Below are positions 53,015 through 62,752 of a stretch of 64,000 nt of DNA, piece by piece; the stretch's first letter is position 1; every line of letters begins with the position of its first letter. The stretch covers positions 256,001 to 320,000 of the forward strand of contig CAVXWZ010000011.1 in NCBI GenBank assembly GCA_963765575.1, written 5' to 3'. This stretch comes from an uncultured cyanobacterium (GTDB lineage Bacteria > Cyanobacteriota > Cyanobacteriia > PCC-6307 > Cyanobiaceae). Both the position numbers and the translations under genes were made by a program. The notes below the pieces were generated by a model. That model was given only the letters and a program-made list of their open reading frames with translations. It did no database searches and had not been told where the DNA came from.

Positions 53015-53689
53015 ATGACCGCCGCTCCCACCAGCAACCTGCCCGCTCCGGCCCGTTTTGCCGTCTTCGACGGAGACCTCGATGCCGCCTGGGCGGATCT
53101 CTACGGCCCGGCCCGGGCCCTGGCGGTGGACACCGAGGCGATGGGGCTGATTCACGGCCGCGACCGCCTCTGTCTGGTGCAGATCTGCGATGACCACGAC
53201 AACGTGGCCTGCATCCGCCTCGCCCGTGGCCAGAGCCAGGCCCCACGCCTGCAGGCCCTGATGGAGAGCCCCGCCATCGAGAAGGTGTTCCACTTCGCGC
53301 GCTTTGACGTGGCTGCCCTGGCTGAGAACCTGGCGATCACCGTGCAGCCGATCTTCTGCACCAAGGTGGCCAGTCGGCTGGCGCGCACCTACAGCCCCAG
53401 GCATGGGCTCAAGGAGGTGGTGCAGGAATTGGTGGGGGTTGAGCTCGACAAGCAGGCCCAGAGCTCCGACTGGGGGCAGGTGGAGGACCTCAGTGAGGCC
53501 CAGCTCGCCTATGCCGCGGGCGATGTGCGCTTTCTGCTGCCGGCCCGGGATCGGCTGGAAACAATGCTGAGGCGCGAGGACCGCTGGGACCTCGCCCAGC
53601 GCTGCTTCGGCTGCCTGCCGGTGATGGCGGAGCTGGACCGCAACCGCTACCACCTGTTGTTCGAGCACTCCAGTGGAGGCAACCGCTGA
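53015..53689 (+). CDS. rnd: Ribonuclease D-like 3'-5' exonuclease
   Basis: AVDTEAMGL, RDRLCLVQ, FHFARFD, QSSDW, YAAGDV. Confidence 0.9.
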   Translation: MTAAPTSNLPAPARFAVFDGDLDAAWADLYGPARALAVDTEAMGLIHGRDRLCLVQICDDHDNVACIRLARGQSQAPRLQALMESPAIEKVFHFARFDVAALAENLAITVQPIFCTKVASRLARTYSPRHGLKEVVQELVGVELDKQAQSSDWGQVEDLSEAQLAYAAGDVRFLLPARDRLETMLRREDRWDLAQRCFGCLPVMAELDRNRYHLLFEHSSGGNR

Positions 53690-53719
53690 GGCCCAGCTCA
53701 GGGCGCCGTTCGGGGCGGC

Positions 53720-53977
53720 TCAGTCCTCCACCATGAAGTACTCATCACTGCCCACCGCCTCGAGCTGGGAGGTGAGCAGCTGGTGGCGGTCGACGGCACT
53801 GCTCTGCTGCTCGGCCAGCAACTCCTCCGCCAGCGCCAGCTTGGCGTCCGGGTCGCGGATGCCGGCCTGGGCGGCCCGGATTTCCACCCGGCGACGGGCG
53901 GAGGCCAGGCTCACCCCCAGGGCGCTGGCCAGGCGCGCGCAGCTGGCGCAGTAGGCCCGATCGGAGATGCCGGCCAT
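53720..53977 (-). CDS. Small conserved hypothetical protein
   Basis: ARLASALGVSLASARRRVEI; ends FMVED; fills intergenic gap with typical codon usage. Confidence 0.7.
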   Translation of the reverse strand: MAGISDRAYCASCARLASALGVSLASARRRVEIRAAQAGIRDPDAKLALAEELLAEQQSSAVDRHQLLTSQLEAVGSDEYFMVED

Positions 53978-54004
53978 GGTGCGGCCATCCGGAAACAGAA
54001 CCCA

Positions 54005-55282
54005 TCATCCCAGTTCAGCGGCGGCAGGGGCCAACCCCAGCAGCCGCTCCTCCAGCAGCGCCGCCAGCCGCGTACTGCCGCCCGCCGGGCCCATGCGACG
54101 GCGGCCGACCGTGGCCAGCCGCAGGCGCCTGGGCTGGTCGTCGAGCAGCCGGCTGAGCCGGCCGGCCAGTTCCGCCGGGCTGTGGCAGGGCAGGACCGCC
54201 CCCCCCAGCAGACGGCTTTGGCGGCGGGCGAACCCGGCGTTGAACTGGGGGCCTGGCCCCGGCAGGGAGAGGGCCGGAATCCCAAGTCCCACCAGCTGTT
54301 CCGTGGCGGTGCCGGCGGTGGCCAGTCCCAGCTCCGCCCAGCCCGCCCAGGCCTCGAACCGGTTCTCACCACGCAGCAGGGTGATCCCGCCCCGCTGCCA
54401 GGCCCCATCGGCGCCCCAGGCCGCGGCGGCGCTGCTCAGGTCTGCGGCGCGCCAGCCCTGGCGCTGCAGCAACTCTGCCCAGCAGGCGCGATCTGGTTCA
54501 CTGCCGCAGGCCATCAGCACGGTGCTGGGCTGCGGCGCCGGCCACCGGGCCAGAGCCTCCAGCAGCCGGGCGCCATTGCCGAGGGCTTCCGGCATCCGGC
54601 TGCCCGGCAGCAGCAGCAGCCGGCGGCGTTGCTGCAGCCCCGGCGGCGGCCCGGCGCCGGCGAGACCATCCAGCATGGGGTTGCCGGGCGCCAGGGCCGG
54701 CACGCCCCGCCGCCGCAGCCCCCGGGCTGTGAGCCGGTCGCGCGTCGCCACCAGCCGGCAGCGGCGGCTGGCCATCAGCGCCCATTCCCAGGGATCCCAC
54801 TCGCTGCCCTTGCCGCGGTGGTAGCCATCGGCCAGCCGGCTTGCGCCCCAGCCTGGCGGCGGCGCTGACCGCCAGGTGTAATCGCTCTTGGGGGTGCCCA
54901 GAAAGGCAAAGGGCGCTCCGCTGCCCCAGGCCAGCGCCAGGGGCAGCAGGTCGCCAACGGCCAGCAGTGGAGCCCCGCTGCCACCCCAGCGGCGCACCCA
55001 GCGCCATTGCCGCCAGCTCAGCCCCACCAGTCCCGCCGCCAGGTCATCGGCCATTCCCCGCAGGCTCTGGTTGGAAAACCCACCGCTGGGCAGGGGCTGC
55101 CGGGGACCCACCCGCAGCAGCTCCCCAGCCCGCTCAGCCGCCGCAAAAGCGCGACCTTCCCCCACCAGCGGCAGCACCTGCACCTGCAGTTGGGGTTGCC
55201 GCTGTTTCAGTGCCTGGATCACCCGCAGGGCGATGGCATCCTCCCCGTGGCCGTTGCTCAGAACCAGCAGCAGGGGGGGCAT
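54005..55282 (-). CDS. Lipid-A-disaccharide synthase-related protein
   Basis: LSNGHGED, LPSGGF, AVGD, GTPKSDY, LLPGSR, AGTATEQ, GPQF. Confidence 0.88.
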   Translation of the reverse strand: MPPLLLVLSNGHGEDAIALRVIQALKQRQPQLQVQVLPLVGEGRAFAAAERAGELLRVGPRQPLPSGGFSNQSLRGMADDLAAGLVGLSWRQWRWVRRWGGSGAPLLAVGDLLPLALAWGSGAPFAFLGTPKSDYTWRSAPPPGWGASRLADGYHRGKGSEWDPWEWALMASRRCRLVATRDRLTARGLRRRGVPALAPGNPMLDGLAGAGPPPGLQQRRRLLLLPGSRMPEALGNGARLLEALARWPAPQPSTVLMACGSEPDRACWAELLQRQGWRAADLSSAAAAWGADGAWQRGGITLLRGENRFEAWAGWAELGLATAGTATEQLVGLGIPALSLPGPGPQFNAGFARRQSRLLGGAVLPCHSPAELAGRLSRLLDDQPRRLRLATVGRRRMGPAGGSTRLAALLEERLLGLAPAAAELG

Positions 55283-55326
55283 TCCATGGCTGATACGATC
55301 CGCTCGTGGGAGTCTGCTCCCCGGCT

Positions 55327-55397
55327 GGCGGCATGGCCAAGTGGTAAGGCAGAGGATTGCAAATCCTTTATCCCCAGTTCGAATCTGGGTGCCGCCT
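55327..55397 (+). tRNA. trnC: tRNA-Cys (GCA)
   Basis: GGCGGCA/TGCCGCC acceptor stem, anticodon arm GAGGA-TTGCAAA-TCCTT, GTTCGAATC. Confidence 0.96.
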
Positions 55398-55406
55398 TTT
55401 CTGTGA

Positions 55407-55967
55407 TCAGCGCGGTTGGCTTCCCGCCACCGCTGGCGCTGCCGAGAGGCTGGCCTCGGCGCTCCAGAGGGTTCCTTCGGGTCCGCGAGCCTGGCAGCTC
55501 ACCTGGGTGCGCTCCAGCTGGCAGTGACCGCGGGCCAGATGGGTACGCGGCAGGCCCATCACCAGGCCGCGGAGATCGAAGCGGGCGGCGGCCACGGTGG
55601 CCACCGCCAGCCGGGCGGGCCAGTGCGGATTGCAGCGTCCATCGTCGCCGCAGCGCATCGCCGTCTGCTCCGACTCCAGTACGCCTGCGAACACGAGGTG
55701 CTCCTGGGCGATCGGATCGAGTTGACCGGTGGCCAGGAAGCGCACGCTCAGCAGGCCCTGCAGGTTCTGCTCCAATCGCAGTCCCTGGCAGTCGTGACGC
55801 TGGCTGGAGCCCCCCTGCTGCCAGCTGCAGTCGCTGCTGGTGGTTTCCCAGCGCCCGAAATCAGCGGCCCGGACCCGGTCGTTCAGCAGTGACGGCGTGA
55901 GCGAACCGATGGCGGCCAGGACAGCGGCGAGCCCAGCGGCCCCGGTGCCGGGCGCCGCCGAGCTCAG
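55407..55967 (-). CDS. Hypothetical Cys-containing exported protein
   Basis: Hydrophobic N-terminus then C...C...LEQNLQGLLSVRF...GHC...C...WSAEA; start uncertain (CTG 55967 or GTG 56087). Confidence 0.65.
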   Translation of the reverse strand: MSSAAPGTGAAGLAAVLAAIGSLTPSLLNDRVRAADFGRWETTSSDCSWQQGGSSQRHDCQGLRLEQNLQGLLSVRFLATGQLDPIAQEHLVFAGVLESEQTAMRCGDDGRCNPHWPARLAVATVAAARFDLRGLVMGLPRTHLARGHCQLERTQVSCQARGPEGTLWSAEASLSAAPAVAGSQPR

Positions 55968-56149
55968 TAGTCCGAGTCGGCCACGCAGAAGCCCTGGCAG
56001 CTGATGCCATTGCTCGCCGTGCGCCCGCAGTGCTGACAGAGCACCGGATCGGTGGCCTCGGGCACGCGGGCGATGGGGCTGGAACACGGGTCGGCAGCGG
56101 TCGATGGGGCGGCGGTGTTGGGATCCTGCGCAGAGGGGAGATCTCCCAT
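55964..56149 (-). CDS. Small Cys-rich protein (61 aa)
   Basis: MGDLPSAQ...DPVLCQHCGRTASNGISCQGFCVADSDY; CxxC...CxxxC. Confidence 0.7.
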   Translation of the reverse strand: MGDLPSAQDPNTAAPSTAADPCSSPIARVPEATDPVLCQHCGRTASNGISCQGFCVADSDY

Positions 56150-56182
56150 AGTGCGGTGGTGCTGCAGGCGGTTGAGCTCACC

Positions 56183-57166
56183 ATGGCGGATCCCCAGGCC
56201 CAGGTGCCCCTGCCGGCCATTGGCATCGGCACCTGGGCCTGGGGCAATCGCTTCCTCTGGGGTTACGACCCGGCCCAGGACGGCGAGTTGGAGTCCAGCT
56301 TCCGCCGGGCGCTGGAGCTGGGTCTCAGCTTTGTCGATACGGCTGATTCCTATGGCACCGGCCGCTGGAACGGTCGCAGTGAGAGCCTGCTGGGCGACTT
56401 CTGCAGCCGCTTGCCCGCAGACCTGGGTGGGCGGGTGCGGGTGGCCACCAAGCTGGCACCCTTCCCCTGGCGGTTGGGGCGGGGCGGACTGCGCCGTGCC
56501 TTCCAGGCCTCCCGCGGGCGACTGGCGGGCCATCTGCAACGGGTGCAGTTGCACTGGAGCACGGCCCGCTATGCCCCCTGGCAAGAGGATCCCCTGCTCG
56601 ACGGGCTGGCCGATCTGGTCCAGGCCGGGGAGGTCGCCGAGCTGGGCGTCTCGAACATGGGTCCACGGCGGCTGAGGCAGGTCCAGCGTCGCCTGGCCGG
56701 GCGGGGCGTGCGTCTCACCAGCCTGCAGGTGCAACTCTCGCTGCTGGCCCCGGAGCCCATCGCTCCCGGGGGGCTGGCTGCGGTCTGCCGGGACCTGGGC
56801 ATCGAGTTGATCGCCTACAGCCCCCTGGCCCTGGGTCTGCTGGCGCGCCGTGGTGTGGCCGGCGAGGGCCACACCCGTGGCCCCCGTGCCGCCCTGTTCC
56901 GGCGCCTGGAACCCCAGCTGGCTCCCCTGCGGAGCTGCATGGCCGCCATCGCCGCCCCCCATGGGGCTTCGCTGGCGGCGGTGGCCCTCAACTGGTGCCG
57001 GGCCCACGGGGCCCTGCCGGTCGTGGGGCTGCGCACCCGGGCCCAGGCCGACATGGCCGCGGGCGCCCTGGCCTGGAGGCTCAGTCCTGAGCAGACCCGA
57101 ACGCTTGATGATCTGGCCCTGGGGCTGGAGCGGCGCATGCCGGCGAATCCGTTCCAGAGCTCCTGA
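56183..57166 (+). CDS. Aldo/keto reductase
   Basis: GIGTWAWG, VDTADSYG, VATK, QLHW, GVSN, AYSPLALG. Confidence 0.93.
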   Translation: MADPQAQVPLPAIGIGTWAWGNRFLWGYDPAQDGELESSFRRALELGLSFVDTADSYGTGRWNGRSESLLGDFCSRLPADLGGRVRVATKLAPFPWRLGRGGLRRAFQASRGRLAGHLQRVQLHWSTARYAPWQEDPLLDGLADLVQAGEVAELGVSNMGPRRLRQVQRRLAGRGVRLTSLQVQLSLLAPEPIAPGGLAAVCRDLGIELIAYSPLALGLLARRGVAGEGHTRGPRAALFRRLEPQLAPLRSCMAAIAAPHGASLAAVALNWCRAHGALPVVGLRTRAQADMAAGALAWRLSPEQTRTLDDLALGLERRMPANPFQSS

Positions 57167-57779
57167 ACGCCGGCGTCAGCACCACCGGCAGCACCTGGGG
57201 GGGAGCCTGGGAGGAGTCGCCAGGGCCGCTGCAGGCGTTGAGGGCCTCCTGAAGCAGGGAATCAAAGGTGGCGCCGGACAGCCGGTGCCGGGCCAGTTCC
57301 AGGAAGGCGCGAGCCAGGGATTCATCGGCCGCGGCCTGCAGCGCCGGGTTGGTGCGGCGGCACTCCTGCTCCTCGCCGATGGCGCGCATGAAGCGCTCGG
57401 TCACGTCGCGCTTGGTGGCGGCGCGGATGCGGGTGTCCTCATCGAGGGCTCCGGCATGGCCGAGGTTGCCCGTTTCTGCCAGCCGGTGGCAGAGGCTTTC
57501 GTGCATCTCCCGGGTCTCCTGGAGGAGCCGTGACAGCTGGCCATCGGACAGCCGGGGCAAGTCGGCCACATACACCCGGCCGTGATCGCGCAGCGTCAGA
57601 TAGGTGGGGCGCAGGCCACGGTTCAGGGGATTGTTGAGGGGAGCGCGGGGACGTTGGGGACGCACCGGCGGCAGCGGTCCGGCTGAACTGCGCCGGCGGG
57701 TCAGGCGTTGACCGGCTTCACGGGGAACGGTTTCGCGTTGAACGGATTCAAAGGAGCTCTGGGACGGGTTATTCAGCAT
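57081..57779 (-). CDS. Conserved picocyanobacterial hypothetical protein
   Basis: RRRSSAGP...RPTYLTLRDHGRVYVADLPRLSDGQL...ESLARAFLELARHRL. Confidence 0.7.
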   Translation of the reverse strand: MLNNPSQSSFESVQRETVPREAGQRLTRRRSSAGPLPPVRPQRPRAPLNNPLNRGLRPTYLTLRDHGRVYVADLPRLSDGQLSRLLQETREMHESLCHRLAETGNLGHAGALDEDTRIRAATKRDVTERFMRAIGEEQECRRTNPALQAAADESLARAFLELARHRLSGATFDSLLQEALNACSGPGDSSQAPPQVLPVVLTPAFRSSGTDSPACAAPAPGPDHQAFGSAQD

Positions 57780-57900
57780 GCGGATACTCTTCGACGCAAA
57801 TCGATGACTTCAGGAAGGACCCCTGCTCCCCGGCCTCAGGGATCCATGGCCTGCCGGAGTCGGGGACTGGCCCGCACCCTAGGCAGGCGGGCCGGGCCCC

Positions 57901-58950
57901 TCAGGCGGGCAGGCCCGCCAGCGCCATCCCGGAGGGGAGCGCACCCGACCCCACCTCCCCCAGCACCCAGGCGGGATGCCCGCTCTGATGGCAGATCTCC
58001 AGGGCTCGATCGGTGGCGGCGGCGGGCAGCACCAGGCAGAAGCCCACGCCCAGATTGAAGGTGTTCCAGAGGTCGGGTTCGGGCACCTCGCCGGCATCCT
58101 GCAACCAGCGGAAGATGGGAGGGCGCGGCCAGCTGCAGGGGTCGATGGCCCCGTGCAATCCCGGCGGCAGGCAGCGCGGCAGGTTTTCCGGCAGCCCGCC
58201 GCCGGTGATGTGGGCCATGCCGTGCACCGGAATCTTGGCGCCCAGGAGTGCCTGCACCAGCTCGGCATAGAGCCGGGTTGGGTGGAGCAGAACCTCGATG
58301 ATCGGGCGCTCCTCGCCGGGAAGGGGGGCATCGGCGGCGAGGCCGTGGTGCTGTCGCTGGTCGTCGAGAATGCGCCGCACGAGGCTGAAGCCGTTGCTGT
58401 GCACGCCGCTGCTGGCCACGGCAAGGATGCGGTCGCCGGCCTCGATCCGGCTGCCATCGATCAGGGCATCGGCCTCCACCACCGCCACGCAGAATCCGGC
58501 GAGGTCGTAGCGGCCGGGGCCATAGAAACCGGGCATTTCGGCGGTTTCCCCGCCCAACAGCGCGCAGCCGCTCTGCCGGCAGCCATCAGCGATGCCCTCC
58601 ACCACGGCCGCCAGGGCGTCGGGACTGAGCTTGCCGGTGGCGATGTAATCGAGAAAGAACAGGGGCGCGGCGCCGCTGGTGATCACGTCGTTCACGCACA
58701 TGGCCACCAGATCGATGCCCACCTCGTGGTGCCGGCCGTGGGCCTGGGCCAGTTCGAGCTTGGTGCCCACCCCGTCGCTGCCGGCCACCAGCAGGGGCTG
58801 GCGCAGGCCGGCCGGCAGCCGGCAGAGGCCTCCGAAGCCGCCCAGCCCACCCATCACCTCGGGCCTCCGGGTCGATTCCACGCTCGCCCGAATGCGCTCG
58901 ATGAAGGCGCGTCCCGCCATCACATCCACGCCGGCGCTGCGGTAGTCCAT
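57901..58950 (-). CDS. purM: AIR synthase
   Basis: [45 protein letters not shown]. Confidence 0.97.
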   Translation of the reverse strand: MDYRSAGVDVMAGRAFIERIRASVESTRRPEVMGGLGGFGGLCRLPAGLRQPLLVAGSDGVGTKLELAQAHGRHHEVGIDLVAMCVNDVITSGAAPLFFLDYIATGKLSPDALAAVVEGIADGCRQSGCALLGGETAEMPGFYGPGRYDLAGFCVAVVEADALIDGSRIEAGDRILAVASSGVHSNGFSLVRRILDDQRQHHGLAADAPLPGEERPIIEVLLHPTRLYAELVQALLGAKIPVHGMAHITGGGLPENLPRCLPPGLHGAIDPCSWPRPPIFRWLQDAGEVPEPDLWNTFNLGVGFCLVLPAAATDRALEICHQSGHPAWVLGEVGSGALPSGMALAGLPA

Positions 58951-59362
58951 GGCTGCTTGCCTGTCGCGACAGTGGGTGGAAGCAGTGATCCTGCGATGGC
59001 GGGCGCCACGCCCAGGAGGCGATCAGCAGGCCCGGGTGGTAGACGCCTTCCAGATTGGCACAGCTAAGAATGAGTTGCGCTTATGAACTCAATTCAATCT
59101 GCTGATCGTTCGTTGGCTTGCTTGCCGGGGGGAAGCCCTGTCATCGCCGGCAATTTCATCACAGATCATGAAATCTGATGCCTGATGCTCCGCTCCGTGG
59201 GAGTGGAACCTTCCCAGCAAGTCCCTTACGTTGGCGCAGTTCTCTGTTTGTCGAGGAGCTCCCCCGCGATTCTCTCGATTCCCTTATCAGGGCATTGGCG
59301 ATCGCCGGCACAGTGATTCCTGATTTCAGGGGTCTCCGTTCCGTCAAGGAGTTTCGTTTGTT

Positions 59363-59872
59363 ATGCGACGCACCGTTTCACCTAGGGCCGTTGCCCTGCT
59401 GCTGTCCGGCGCCGCCGCTCTTGTCGGCACCGCCACCCCCGCCATCGCCGGCACCATCCAGCCCTCCCCTCGGCCGATGGCCGTGCTGGATCTCGAGCCG
59501 CTGACCCCCTTCCGGCTCGATTCAGCCCCCTTGGCCCCCCTGGCTCCGCCGTCCCTTCTGGCCTCCGCACCCACCGTGCTGAACGTGAGCCAGGGCACCG
59601 CCAGCTGGTATGGCCCGGGCTTCTTCGGCAACCGCACCGCCAATGGCGAAGTGTTCCGTCCCGGCACCCTCACGGCCGCCCACCGCACGCTGCCGTTTGG
59701 CACCCGGGTGCGGGTGACCAACCTCAACAATGGCCGTAGCGCTGTGGTGCGCATCAATGACCGCGGACCTTTCACAGGCAATCGGGTGATCGACCTTGCC
59801 CATGGCGCCGCCCATGAACTGGGTCTGGTTTCCAGTGGTCTGGCTCCCGTGAAGCTCGAAGTGCTGCGCTGA
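59363..59872 (+). CDS. rlpA: RlpA-family lytic transglycosylase (DPBB)
   Basis: Signal peptide; GTASWYG, TANGE, AAHRTLPFGT, INDRGPF, IDL. Confidence 0.92.
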   Translation: MRRTVSPRAVALLLSGAAALVGTATPAIAGTIQPSPRPMAVLDLEPLTPFRLDSAPLAPLAPPSLLASAPTVLNVSQGTASWYGPGFFGNRTANGEVFRPGTLTAAHRTLPFGTRVRVTNLNNGRSAVVRINDRGPFTGNRVIDLAHGAAHELGLVSSGLAPVKLEVLR

Positions 59873-59917
59873 GTCCGGGCCTGACCGCCCGCTCCGGCAG
59901 CATCCAGACGCCATGTC

Positions 59918-59949
59918 GCCCACCCGCCGACCATGCGGGTGGGCTTTTT
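59918..59949 (+). terminator. Intrinsic terminator after rlpA
   Basis: GCCCACCCGC-CGACCAT-GCGGGTGGGC-TTTTT. Confidence 0.85.
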
Positions 59950-59985
59950 GCTGGGCTGACCTGGTTTCCCCCTGCCCGTCCCCTG

Positions 59986-61560
59986 ATGCAGTTGCTCCGG
60001 ACTCGCCGTGATCTGCTCGCCTGGCGCCACCGGGTGGGTGGTCCCGTGCATTTCGTGCCCACGATGGGCGCTTTGCACGCCGGTCACCTGGCCTTGATCC
60101 GCCGCGCGGCCCAGCCCCGGGGGGCGGGCCCACCGGCGGTTCTGGTGAGCATCTACGTGAATCCGCTCCAGTTCGGCCCCCGGGAGGATTTCCAGCGCTA
60201 TCCCCGTGATCTGGAGAGTGATCTGGCGCTGGCCTCAGCCGCCGGTGCCCAGGCCCTGTTCGCCCCCGAGGTGGACCAGATCCAGCCGGCAGGGGTGGAG
60301 GGCCTCACCCGCATCCAGCCCCCTGCCCGGCTGCTGCGCAGCCTCTGTGCCCCGAGAAGGCCGGGGCATTTCGAAGGCGTTGCCACCGTGGTGGTGCGCC
60401 TGCTGGCCCTGGTGCGGCCGGCCCGGCTGCTGCTGGGCGAGAAGGACTGGCAGCAACTGGTGATCCTGCGGCGGGTGCTCGCCGACCTTGGCCTGCCGGT
60501 GGTGGTGGAGGGTTGCGCCACGGTGCGGGAGGCCGATGGGTTGGCCTGCAGCTCCCGCAACCGCACCCTCAACCCCCTCGAACGTCGGCAGGCCGCTGCG
60601 CTGCCGGCCGCGCTGGCGGCCACCAGCCGTGCTCTGGCCCAGCAGCCCCAGGGCGACCTGGCCCTGGACGGGGCGCCTGCTCCCGCCATGGCGCTGCGCC
60701 AGGCGCTGGAGCAGGCCGGTGCCGTGGTGGAGTATGCAGAGCTGGTGTCGGCCCATGGCCTGGCGCCCCTGTCCCGTCCCGCGGGACTGTGTGTGTTGGC
60801 GGCCGCCATCCGCTGCGGCTCCAGCCGCCTGATCGATCACACCCTTCTGATGAGCCGTTCGCCGATCGTTGCCATCGATGGACCGGCCGGAGCCGGCAAG
60901 AGCACGGTGACCCGTGCCCTGGCCGAACGCCTGGGACTGCTCTATCTCGATACCGGTGCCATGTACCGGGCGGTGACCTGGTGGGTGCAGCACCAGGGGG
61001 TCGATCCAGCCGACGCCGCCGCCGTGGAGCGCTGTCTGCAGGGGCTGGAGCTGCAGCTGGGCAGCGGCAGCGGCGGCGAGCCCACGGTGCACATCCAGGG
61101 CCATGAGGTGAGCGCGGCGATCCGCAGTCCCGAGGTCACCGGCCGGGTGTCGCAGGTGGCAGCCCATGGCTGTGTGCGCGCAGCCCTCACCGCCCAGCAA
61201 CGGGCCATGGGGCTACGGGGCGGGCTGGTGGCGGAGGGCCGGGACATCGGCACGGCCGTCTTCCCCGACGCCGAACTCAAGGTGTTTCTCACCGCCACCG
61301 TGGCGGAGCGGGCCCGACGCCGGGCCCTTGACCTGGAGCAGCGCGGCTTTGCCGTGCCTCCCCTGGCGGACCTGGAGGCCCAGATCGCTGAGCGGGACCA
61401 TCTCGATTCCACCCGGGCGGTGGCACCGCTGCAGCAGGCCGATGACGCCGAAGAATTGGTGAGTGACGGCATGACCATCGAAGCGGTGATCCAGGCCCTG
61501 GTGGATCGCTTCCGTGAGCGGGTGCCGGAGGAGGCCTGGCCGGCGCCCGGGGCCGCCTGA
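59986..61560 (+). CDS. panC-cmk: Bifunctional pantoate--beta-alanine ligase / cytidylate kinase
   Basis: PTMGALHAGH, RPGHFEGV, GEKDWQQ, SSRN; then IDGPAGAGKST, DTGAMYR, EGRDIGT. Confidence 0.96.
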   Translation: MQLLRTRRDLLAWRHRVGGPVHFVPTMGALHAGHLALIRRAAQPRGAGPPAVLVSIYVNPLQFGPREDFQRYPRDLESDLALASAAGAQALFAPEVDQIQPAGVEGLTRIQPPARLLRSLCAPRRPGHFEGVATVVVRLLALVRPARLLLGEKDWQQLVILRRVLADLGLPVVVEGCATVREADGLACSSRNRTLNPLERRQAAALPAALAATSRALAQQPQGDLALDGAPAPAMALRQALEQAGAVVEYAELVSAHGLAPLSRPAGLCVLAAAIRCGSSRLIDHTLLMSRSPIVAIDGPAGAGKSTVTRALAERLGLLYLDTGAMYRAVTWWVQHQGVDPADAAAVERCLQGLELQLGSGSGGEPTVHIQGHEVSAAIRSPEVTGRVSQVAAHGCVRAALTAQQRAMGLRGGLVAEGRDIGTAVFPDAELKVFLTATVAERARRRALDLEQRGFAVPPLADLEAQIAERDHLDSTRAVAPLQQADDAEELVSDGMTIEAVIQALVDRFRERVPEEAWPAPGAA

Positions 61561-61583
61561 GCCCAGGGCCTGGGCCCAGACCC

Positions 61584-62069
61584 TCAGCGTTGTTCGAGCG
61601 CCAGCAGCAGGCCCTCACAGGCGTCGTCGAGCAGATCCAGCACCAGCTCGAATCCCTCCTCTCCGCCGTAGTAAGGATCGGGAACCTCGTTGGCGCTCAG
61701 GCGACGGCAGTGGCGCACCAGCGGCTCGATCACGGCGCACTTGGCGCCTGGCGGTTGGCTGCGGGCCAGGGCCTCCACCGCGGCCAGGTTGTCGGCATCC
61801 ATGGTGAGGATGCGATCGAAGCGCCCCAGGTCGGCGGGCTCCAGCTGCCGGGCCCGGCTGGTCAGGGCAATGCCGCGGCTGGCGGCGGCGCTGCGCATGC
61901 GCGCATCGGCCGGTTTGCCCACATGCCAGGCGCCGGTGCCGGCCGAATCCACTGCATAGCGGTGCTGCAATCCCGCTTGCTCCAGGTGCTGCAGGAATAC
62001 CCCTTCGGCGGCGGGGGAGCGGCAGATGTTGCCGAGGCACACGAACAGCACCCGCTGACTGATGCTCAT
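61584..62069 (-). CDS. Low molecular weight protein-tyrosine phosphatase
   Basis: VCLGNICRSP, DPYYGG. Confidence 0.95.
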   Translation of the reverse strand: MSISQRVLFVCLGNICRSPAAEGVFLQHLEQAGLQHRYAVDSAGTGAWHVGKPADARMRSAAASRGIALTSRARQLEPADLGRFDRILTMDADNLAAVEALARSQPPGAKCAVIEPLVRHCRRLSANEVPDPYYGGEEGFELVLDLLDDACEGLLLALEQR

Positions 62070-62752
62070 GGCTGCTGCATCCGTTCAAGGGCCAGCTTGG
62101 CGCGCAACTGCACCACCGGTGCATTGTCATTCCCGGCGCTGCTCAGGTGGTGCAGTCCTCCCAGCAGCGCCTGCAGGTCCTGGCCACCCGCCTCCAGGCC
62201 TGTGGCCAGCGATTCCAGGGCCACGGCCACGGCGTAGCGCACCACCCATTCGCCGTCGCTGCCGGCGGCCAGCAGGATGTCCAGGCAACGACGTTGGATG
62301 CGCTGCCGCTCTTGCGGCTGCAGGTGCTCCAGCTGCAAATTGCCCAGGCCCCGGGCGGCGGCCCGGCGCACGCTCGCGGCCACATCGCTGCCGAGGGCCT
62401 CCACCAGCAGCTCCAGGCCCCGGGCATCGCCGATGCCGGCCAGGGCCCGCACCGCCCAGGCCCGGGCGCCGTAGTTCTCCGGATCAAGCCGCAACAGCGC
62501 CTCCACCGCCGCCCCCTGCAGCCGGATCAGCCCGTCGACGGCAGCGACGGCCGCCCCGGGGTTGTTGAACCCGAGCACCTCCACCAGCACAGTCGCGCCC
62601 TCGGGCGCGCCGCTGGCGGCCAGATCGCGGGTGGCCATCAACAGGGCCTGGCTGCTATCGGCGCGGCGCACGGCCTCCACCAGCTGCCCCAGCTTCACGG
62701 AATCCCCTGTCCCTGTTGCTCCCGCCAGCTCCTGCTTCTCCATGGGGGTCAC
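62066..62752 (-). CDS. cpcF: Phycocyanin alpha-84 lyase subunit CpcF (HEAT repeats)
   Basis: LGFNNPGAAVAAVDGL, NYGARAWAVRAL, DGEWVVRYA; follows cpcE. Confidence 0.85.
   Translation of the reverse strand: MTPMEKQELAGATGTGDSVKLGQLVEAVRRADSSQALLMATRDLAASGAPEGATVLVEVLGFNNPGAAVAAVDGLIRLQGAAVEALLRLDPENYGARAWAVRALAGIGDARGLELLVEALGSDVAASVRRAAARGLGNLQLEHLQPQERQRIQRRCLDILLAAGSDGEWVVRYAVAVALESLATGLEAGGQDLQALLGGLHHLSSAGNDNAPVVQLRAKLALERMQQP

Noticed and set aside
21790..55397. tRNA genes as integration sites for islands
   Set aside because: All three are flanked by core genes; no integrase or duplicated tRNA 3' end was seen.
11910..59307. HIP1 (GCGATCGC) sites
   Set aside because: Only a few scattered copies noticed (e.g. 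~11911, ~32899, ~59298); no visible enrichment, though not counted exhaustively.
59986..61560. panC-cmk fusion (and the tandem-domain cobO at 32097-33308)
   Set aside because: Both are known cyanobacterial features.
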